DNA of 64,000 nucleotides from Candidatus Bathyarchaeota archaeon (GTDB lineage Archaea; Thermoproteota; Bathyarchaeia; 40CM-2-53-6): NCBI GenBank assembly GCA_963733055.1, contig CAVTBR010000002.1, positions 384,001 to 448,000 of the forward strand, read 5' to 3'. Shown piece by piece: positions 58,279 to 64,000 of this stretch (position 1 is its first letter; each line of letters starts with the position of its first letter). The notes under the pieces were generated by a model. It saw only the letters and a program-made list of their open reading frames with translations, ran no database searches and was not told where the DNA came from. The position numbers and the translations under genes were made by a program.

Positions 58279-59169
58279 TTAAAGAAAGCGGCCGCTGGGT
58301 TTCAGTGTCAGGTATACGCCTCCCAATATGAGCACTGCACCTAGCCCTATGTTCGGATCCGGAACTTCTCCCAGCACCAACCATCCAAGCAATAACGCCA
58401 AAATCGGCGTGATGAACGCGAGGAGCGACGTATTGGTGGCTGTGGTTCGTGTAAGAAGCCAGTAAAGTCCGACAAATGCCAAGGCAGAACCAATGACGCC
58501 GAGGTATAGAATCGTCCCAATGGCAAGGATTGTGAAATGCATTGGGATACTCGATTCTGTTAGAAGACCTATTGCTGATAACGCTAGAGAGCAAATCGCG
58601 GATTGAACCAGTACATTCGCGGACGGGTCAATTTTGTTCGCATATCGTTTCGCCACAACATTAGCCAAAGCGGCTGATGCCGTGCTGCCTACCACCGCAA
58701 CGCTCCCGAGAAAAGAGGTACCGATGGCAAAGTTTTGAATTGCAATATCTCTCCAGAAAATGACGAGTAGGCCAGCGAACGATGCTACAATCCCCACAGT
58801 CTTCACTTGAGTTAATTTCTCGTTCGCAAGAAAGTCGGCGAATATTACGACGAAAAACGTGAGCGTGGCGAATAGAATCGCGGCTAGGCCGGAAGAAATG
58901 TACTGTTCCCCCCAGAACACGAGGCCATATGGAATGGTCAACTGGAAAATGCCCAGGAAGATCATCAAATACCAAGAAGACCGCGCGTGTGGCGTTCTGG
59001 CGTGAAGAAGCTTGGCGAGGAAGAACAACACGACCGTTGCCGCCGCGAATCGAAGCCCCGCGAACGTGAACGGGGGCAGGAAGTCCAGACCGATTTTGAT
59101 GCCAAGCCAAGTGGAACCCCAGATGATGCATAGAGCAGCAAACACCAAGGACGGCCCTTTGGACGACAT
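58279..59169 (-). CDS. EamA/DMT transporter
   Basis: IWGSTW; 10-TM duplicated EamA pattern. Confidence 0.9.
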   Translation of the reverse strand: MSSKGPSLVFAALCIIWGSTWLGIKIGLDFLPPFTFAGLRFAAATVVLFFLAKLLHARTPHARSSWYLMIFLGIFQLTIPYGLVFWGEQYISSGLAAILFATLTFFVVIFADFLANEKLTQVKTVGIVASFAGLLVIFWRDIAIQNFAIGTSFLGSVAVVGSTASAALANVVAKRYANKIDPSANVLVQSAICSLALSAIGLLTESSIPMHFTILAIGTILYLGVIGSALAFVGLYWLLTRTTATNTSLLAFITPILALLLGWLVLGEVPDPNIGLGAVLILGGVYLTLKPSGRFL

Positions 59170-59227
59170 CGATTGATTCTCGTCGGTCAGTACGGGGCCA
59201 TGGATTTGACGGTTGCGTGTGCTTGGT

Positions 59228-60376
59228 TTAGCCGAACCAAGCGTTCATCCGTTCATCAAGGAAGCGGTGCTTCTCGCGGAACCCTTCCGCGCTTGGTGGC
59301 GCGCCTTCCCATGTTGGATTCGGTTCTGCGTAGAAGCTGGCGCGTACCGGCGCGGCCTTGCCATCCCCTACCTCCATGAAACAGACGCCGTCCCCTCGAA
59401 ATTCTTCCCTTGCTTCGTCGCCTTCAATTTCATGAATCAAGTTTGCAGCGACCACCTTACCTTGTTCCTCAGCAAGGATTCCTGCGCGTGGAAGCATCGG
59501 CCCTTTCGGCGTTTTTGGGCCTGCAGAGTCGCCTATCGCGTACACTTGGGGAGTCGAGGTGGCCAACGTTCTAGCGTTGACAGGTATCCATCCTGACTGG
59601 TCAGTGAGGCCTGCCTCTCTGACGACTGACGGCGAAACATGTGTCGGGATGGCGAAGACGAAGTCATGTGAAAATTCCTTTCCACTCGCGGATAGGACTG
59701 CTTTTGATCGAATTTCTTTGACTTTCTCGGAGGGGTGATACTTTATTCCCCTTTCCTCAAGGAGACGGGTAACCATTGTTCCCGCTTCCGGGCCGAGAAG
59801 TGTTAAGGGATGAGGCTCCGGGGTGACCACTTGGAGTGTCACCTTCTCTCGCACTCCTCTCTTCCTGAGGACGTCGTCTATAATCATCGTTGACTCGTAG
59901 GGTGCGGGTGGGCATTTGAACGGCAAACCGCATACCAAGACTGTGATCGTGCCGGACGTTACTGAGCGTAGTTGATCTCTAATTTCTGCACATCCACTTT
60001 CGGTGTACAAATTCGTCGCGTACTTTGAGAACCCAGGCGTGGAATCTGGAGAATAGTCAGCGCCTAACGCGATTATTAGGTAGTCAAAGGTGAGCTTTCG
60101 TTTACCTACTGTCGCCTGCTTTGCTCCTACGTCAATCGACCTGACCTCTCCTTCGATGAAGTCTATTCCCTTCTTGGCAAGCAGTGTCCTATTTCCAGGG
60201 TTATCCCCAACCTGTCTTGTGCCGTTCAACACCCACGGCTTGGTAAGTCCCATGAAGAACAGTTGTTGTTTGTCGACGATCGTAATTCTATGCTCGGTCC
60301 CTAATCCCCTTCGAAGACCGTGCGCTGCGGTGAGGCCGCCGAACCCGGCCCCTAGGATTAGTATTTGCTTACCCAA
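59228..60376 (-). CDS. Sulfide:quinone oxidoreductase-like flavoprotein
   Basis: GAGFGG, KCPPAPYE, YAIGD and C-terminal CFMEVG. Confidence 0.8.
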   Translation of the reverse strand: MGKQILILGAGFGGLTAAHGLRRGLGTEHRITIVDKQQLFFMGLTKPWVLNGTRQVGDNPGNRTLLAKKGIDFIEGEVRSIDVGAKQATVGKRKLTFDYLIIALGADYSPDSTPGFSKYATNLYTESGCAEIRDQLRSVTSGTITVLVCGLPFKCPPAPYESTMIIDDVLRKRGVREKVTLQVVTPEPHPLTLLGPEAGTMVTRLLEERGIKYHPSEKVKEIRSKAVLSASGKEFSHDFVFAIPTHVSPSVVREAGLTDQSGWIPVNARTLATSTPQVYAIGDSAGPKTPKGPMLPRAGILAEEQGKVVAANLIHEIEGDEAREEFRGDGVCFMEVGDGKAAPVRASFYAEPNPTWEGAPPSAEGFREKHRFLDERMNAWFG

Positions 60377-60425
60377 AGCGAGTCTACGCGCTAGGTGTTC
60401 CTAGACCTTAGAAAAGTTACTCGCT

Positions 60426-60641
60426 CTAAGGCTGATCCTCGTCAATCTGGCGAATATCGAATACAACGACTGAGACTCTTTTCCCGCATCCTCGTCTCCC
60501 GACCTTCGGGCAGAAGATGAAGTTCTCGAGGATCTGGCCGACATTGGTAATGGCTGAAGTATCAAACGCATCATATTTGCTGTCGAATTTCGCTTTGCAT
60601 TCCATGCATCTTAACCTTACATGGGCTGTCTGTTGACTCAT
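60426..60641 (-). CDS. Small zinc-ribbon protein
   Basis: CMEC...CPKVGRRGCG. Confidence 0.6.
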   Translation of the reverse strand: MSQQTAHVRLRCMECKAKFDSKYDAFDTSAITNVGQILENFIFCPKVGRRGCGKRVSVVVFDIRQIDEDQP

Positions 60642-60743
60642 GCTTGATACTTCGCGCTTAGAAATCAGGTAAGGTGGGGGCAATTGAAAAGCTTTGGGTC
60701 GGTTTGCCGTGCGGAAGAGCTAGCCGCGGACCTAGCGGGTTAA

Positions 60744-61553
60744 TTGACCCTCATTTTGAGGCTCACCAGAAGCTCTCCAACGCGCGCTAACATCGCCCTC
60801 AAACGGCCTCTCGTGCATCCGAACCCTATCCGTAAGTATTCGTCCATGTGGAACTGGTCGCCGGATGAGTGGGTGTTTGGTTTAACGATGGGGATTAAGC
60901 AAGGGAAATCAATAGCGGCATCCCTTCAGCACTCAGTATTCCTATCCTCAACCACAGCCGAGAAGTATCCAACAATCATAGCAATCCACGGACGCGGAAC
61001 TGACGAGAACGATCTCGTGCCGCTCGTCCTCTCACTTCCCCTTCCAAACGTACTATTGATAACACCTCGGGCCCCCTTCCCATTTCCATACGGTGGGTTC
61101 CACTGGTATGATCTAGCCGGCGAGGGCATTCCCGAACCCAACACCTTCCGCAAGAGCACTGAGATGCTTCAAAAGTTCGTCGAGGAGGTCAAGCGAGGAT
61201 ACCCCGTAGATGCGAAAAGATTACTCCTATTGGGGTTCAGCCAGGGATCTGTGATGGCGTATACGACCGCGCTTTTGAACCCGACATCCTTCTTAGGGGT
61301 AGCTGCGTTAAGTGGTTATGTTCCGCATCGGTCGGGTTTGCCCTTGAAGCTGACCAATCTGAACGGTTTTCCAGTCTTCATATCTCACGGAAGCGAGGAC
61401 CAGATCATTCCCGCACGGCTGGGACGACAATCCGCCGAACTTCTCAGACGTGCCGGCGCGAGCGTTACCTATAGAGAATATCCTATGGGGCACGAGGTAA
61501 GAGAGGAAACTATGCGTGACCTAACTGAGTGGTCACGCAAGATCTTCCCATAA
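60744..61553 (+). CDS. Phospholipase/carboxylesterase
   Basis: HGRG, GFSQG, HGSED and MGH. True start probably downstream of the ORF-track start. Confidence 0.88.
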   Translation: MTLILRLTRSSPTRANIALKRPLVHPNPIRKYSSMWNWSPDEWVFGLTMGIKQGKSIAASLQHSVFLSSTTAEKYPTIIAIHGRGTDENDLVPLVLSLPLPNVLLITPRAPFPFPYGGFHWYDLAGEGIPEPNTFRKSTEMLQKFVEEVKRGYPVDAKRLLLLGFSQGSVMAYTTALLNPTSFLGVAALSGYVPHRSGLPLKLTNLNGFPVFISHGSEDQIIPARLGRQSAELLRRAGASVTYREYPMGHEVREETMRDLTEWSRKIFP

Positions 61554-61556
61554 CAA

Positions 61557-61811
61557 TTATGAAATCCGAGTCCAGCTGGACTTCTTCTCAGAGTCCGTTC
61601 TCTGTCCTTTCGGTCTCTTGCCGACATAGTATCCGATCAAGAGGGCTGCAGGTACGTCGACGAAAGATGGATTTGTAAAATTGTGGGTCACGATGCGCCA
61701 CAGTATGTCAAGAACGACGCCCAATACTGCTAGGATCTGGCTCACTCTAACTCTCGGAACAACTGACGAAAAAGCCTCAACGAACTCATACGCCAACTTG
61801 AACCATCTCAC
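61557..61811 (-). CDS. Small membrane protein
   Basis: Two hydrophobic segments. Confidence 0.5.
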   Translation of the reverse strand: MRWFKLAYEFVEAFSSVVPRVRVSQILAVLGVVLDILWRIVTHNFTNPSFVDVPAALLIGYYVGKRPKGQRTDSEKKSSWTRIS

Positions 61812-61899
61812 GCCAGGTGCGAATTCGAGAAGTTCAAGCTTAGACTGGCTTTAAGCATGATGCATCATGGAAGATAAACCGTGGATTGCACTGGTCTAT

Positions 61900-62535
61900 C
61901 TAACCGTGGGACAACTCAACGATCCCGCACACCGGGGGATTCTTTCCGAAATAGGCGTAAAGCCATAGGGGAACGATGGTGAAATCCAATCCCAGCATAA
62001 TGAAGAGCATGACTATACCGGCCTCAGTTTGTTCGTAAACGGGATATGCGGCATAGATTGTGATGGGAGTTAGCACTAAGAACGCTCCGTAAAGCCCCAT
62101 CACCTTTCCCACAACAACCGGCGCGATTAATTTCATTCGTTTGCTCAAGAACGTGGACCCAACGAAAATCAGCCCGCCCGCCAAGAATAGTGTGACATGC
62201 ATCTCTAGGTGGCTGTTAGCAGCCACCGTAGCCGCGTCGAATTGAGCAGGCACGTACCAGTATGCAATCAAGACAGCTGCGGCAAGAAATGTCAAAAGGC
62301 CAAACTTGTTTACCCCCAGATTGACTTTCACCATTAGTGCGTGGACACGCGAAACTTTTGCGGAGAGTCGCGAGGCAACAAGAATCAAACTGCTGAGTCC
62401 GTAGGCGAGCAACACGCCCGCGGCTAGGAAAAAGAGATGTTGCACAACCATGTGAGTAACCAACGTCCCTCCGAGTACCTCTCCTAACGGACTGAGCATT
62501 GAACTGAGGATCATCAGACTGGCCGTCGGCCGCAA
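61900..62535 (-). CDS. DUF1404/CtaG-like oxidase assembly membrane protein
   Basis: HMVVQH, WYVP..FD and H..MH motifs; divergent from the cox genes. Confidence 0.7.
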   Translation of the reverse strand: MRPTASLMILSSMLSPLGEVLGGTLVTHMVVQHLFFLAAGVLLAYGLSSLILVASRLSAKVSRVHALMVKVNLGVNKFGLLTFLAAAVLIAYWYVPAQFDAATVAANSHLEMHVTLFLAGGLIFVGSTFLSKRMKLIAPVVVGKVMGLYGAFLVLTPITIYAAYPVYEQTEAGIVMLFIMLGLDFTIVPLWLYAYFGKNPPVCGIVELSHG

Positions 62536-62810
62536 CTAGGCCCAAACGAATCTGAGGCATGAGTACATGATTCATGTACCACGCCCTCGCTTCCCCCAAC
62601 GTGAGTCCAATGGGAACTAAACGGTGCACTTCGTCTGAAGCTGACTGCTCGTTCAATACCCTACGCCTACGTTTCTCCCATGGCTGCTTATCTTCCCAGG
62701 TTCAGAAAATATGACGCGCCGCGGCGAAATGAATCTTGCCCACTACAGGGGACATCCAAACCTAAATATCAGAAGTCTAAGTTTGCAGGAACGAAAAACC
62801 GGCGTGTTGA

Positions 62811-63044
62811 TTGTTCGTGCGGTCAAAAGCAGCGAATTTCATACTGAGGGCATTGGCAATAGTTGTTGCCTCCCTTCTGACTTTGCCCGCAGCATTCGCC
62901 CAGTCCCCGGAGGTCTCTGCCGAATGGGCGCTATTCAACCAAATTCTCATAATCGGCATCGCCACGGGACTCGTCGTTTTCGGAATCATGTTTTACGCTA
63001 TCATAAGGTATAGAGAGAGACCGCAAGACGCTGGCGCGAAATAA
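62811..63044 (+). CDS. Separate N-terminal TM part of heme-copper oxidase subunit II
   Basis: LFNQILIIGIATGLVVFGIMFYAIIRYRE resembles CoxB helix 1; stop overlaps the coxB start. Confidence 0.7.
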   Translation: MFVRSKAANFILRALAIVVASLLTLPAAFAQSPEVSAEWALFNQILIIGIATGLVVFGIMFYAIIRYRERPQDAGAK

Positions 63045-63514
63045 TGGTAGACAAGGGTCACGCGCTCGAACTGATCGCGGTATTAGTGACGGCTGTTGTT
63101 TTGGGTTACATCGGGGTGGTGGCAGGGGCAAATCTGATCGCCATCGACACACCCCCGCCCGGATCGCTCCACGTGAAGATTGTAGCGAGACAGTTCTATT
63201 GGACGTTTGAATACGCACCCAACAGTTCCATCACATTTCCAAACGGCACAACTCGACAATTTCCAAACGGGACCAGCTTCCAGAACACGCTTTATGTAAG
63301 CGTTGGCGAGAATGTGGACTTAGAACTCGTATCCATGGACGTCGCACATAGTTTCTTCATTCCCCAGCTCGGCATCCATATCGACGCCATCCCCGGACAT
63401 GACAACCACTATTGGTTCAGGGCTGACACTCCGGGTGAGTATACGATCGAATGCACCCAATTTTGCGGCACTGGACACTACACAATGATAGCTCAACTAG
63501 TAGTGGTCGCATAG
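63044..63514 (+). CDS. coxB: Cytochrome c oxidase subunit II (CuA domain)
   Basis: QFYWTF, DVAHSF, DAIPG and CuA motif CTQFCGTGHYTM. Confidence 0.93.
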   Translation: MVDKGHALELIAVLVTAVVLGYIGVVAGANLIAIDTPPPGSLHVKIVARQFYWTFEYAPNSSITFPNGTTRQFPNGTSFQNTLYVSVGENVDLELVSMDVAHSFFIPQLGIHIDAIPGHDNHYWFRADTPGEYTIECTQFCGTGHYTMIAQLVVVA

Positions 63515-63528
63515 GAAGTGTCGTGCTG

Positions 63529-64000
63529 ATGCAGGTTGTAGTACAGGAGAAAGAGAAGCCGGCGTTCTATTCAAGCCTCAAAGGAATTCTCACCACAACA
63601 CATCACACGGACATAGGCATTCTCTACATCGCCACTTCATTCTTCTTCTTCCTACTCGGGGGCGTGGCAGCACTCCTGATCAGAACACAACTCGCCGAGC
63701 CGGGCAACGCCGTTGTGACCCCGGAAGTTTACGATAGCCTCTTCACGACTCACGGGACGACGATGATATTCCTCTGGGTGATACCCTGCCTGATCGGTTT
63801 TGGAAACTACCTCGTTCCGAAACTGATTGGAGCCAGGGACATGTACTTCCCGAGGCTCAACGCGTTGAGCTACTGGCTACTTCCGGTTGGGGGTGCACTG
63901 ATTTGGGCTGGGCTTCCTGACGCTGGGTGGACTGGTTATGCCCCACTTTCAGCCTATTCTCCCGGCTACGGAATAGACCTCTGGCTGCTAGGGCTTATGG
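63529..64000 (+). CDS. coxA: Cytochrome c oxidase subunit I, truncated by the window edge
   Basis: Read manually: MQVVVQEKEK...TTTHHTDIGILY...FTTHGTTMIF...GNYLVP...DMYFPRLNALSYW...GWTGYAPL. Confidence 0.93.
   Translation, partial: MQVVVQEKEKPAFYSSLKGILTTTHHTDIGILYIATSFFFFLLGGVAALLIRTQLAEPGNAVVTPEVYDSLFTTHGTTMIFLWVIPCLIGFGNYLVPKLIGARDMYFPRLNALSYWLLPVGGALIWAGLPDAGWTGYAPLSAYSPGYGIDLWLLGLM

Noticed and set aside
1-64000. CRISPR array, rRNA genes, IS transposases
   Set aside because: No regularly spaced repeats, rRNA signatures or transposase motifs were seen.

Overview
Archaeal genomic DNA, most consistent with an aerobic Bathyarchaeia/TACK-type lineage. This is an inference from the eL22-like protein, degenerate RAD55/KaiC-like proteins, PGF/PEF C-terminal sorting signals and a split heme-copper oxidase subunit II. 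The standout is a RiPP operon at the left edge (1-5403, minus strand, running off the window). It is a streptolysin-S-like linear azol(in)e-containing peptide (TOMM/LAP) cluster: a Cys-rich 63-aa precursor, ABC permease, SagB-type dehydrogenase, E1/RRE-type cyclodehydratase partner, YcaO ending in PxPxP, CAAX/Abi protease and ABC ATPase. A membrane-anchored S53 protease lies just upstream. Positions 7-25 kb form an accessory, partly decayed region: pH/ion-homeostasis genes (P3A H+-ATPase, ClC, CPA1 antiporter, MscS, USP), gene remnants, a structured non-coding stretch ending in a tRNA-like 3' end, and a small integrase + PD-(D/E)XK nuclease element bounded by a tRNA-Leu 3' fragment. The remainder holds peptidases, TldD/PmbA, a copper island (Met-rich proteins, membrane-anchored HTH regulator with a candidate operator, Trx/CcdA, YHS, HMA, CopA), an M6 protease with an altered zinc motif, housekeeping transporters/hydrolases, and the start of a cytochrome oxidase operon. 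No CRISPR array or rRNA was seen.
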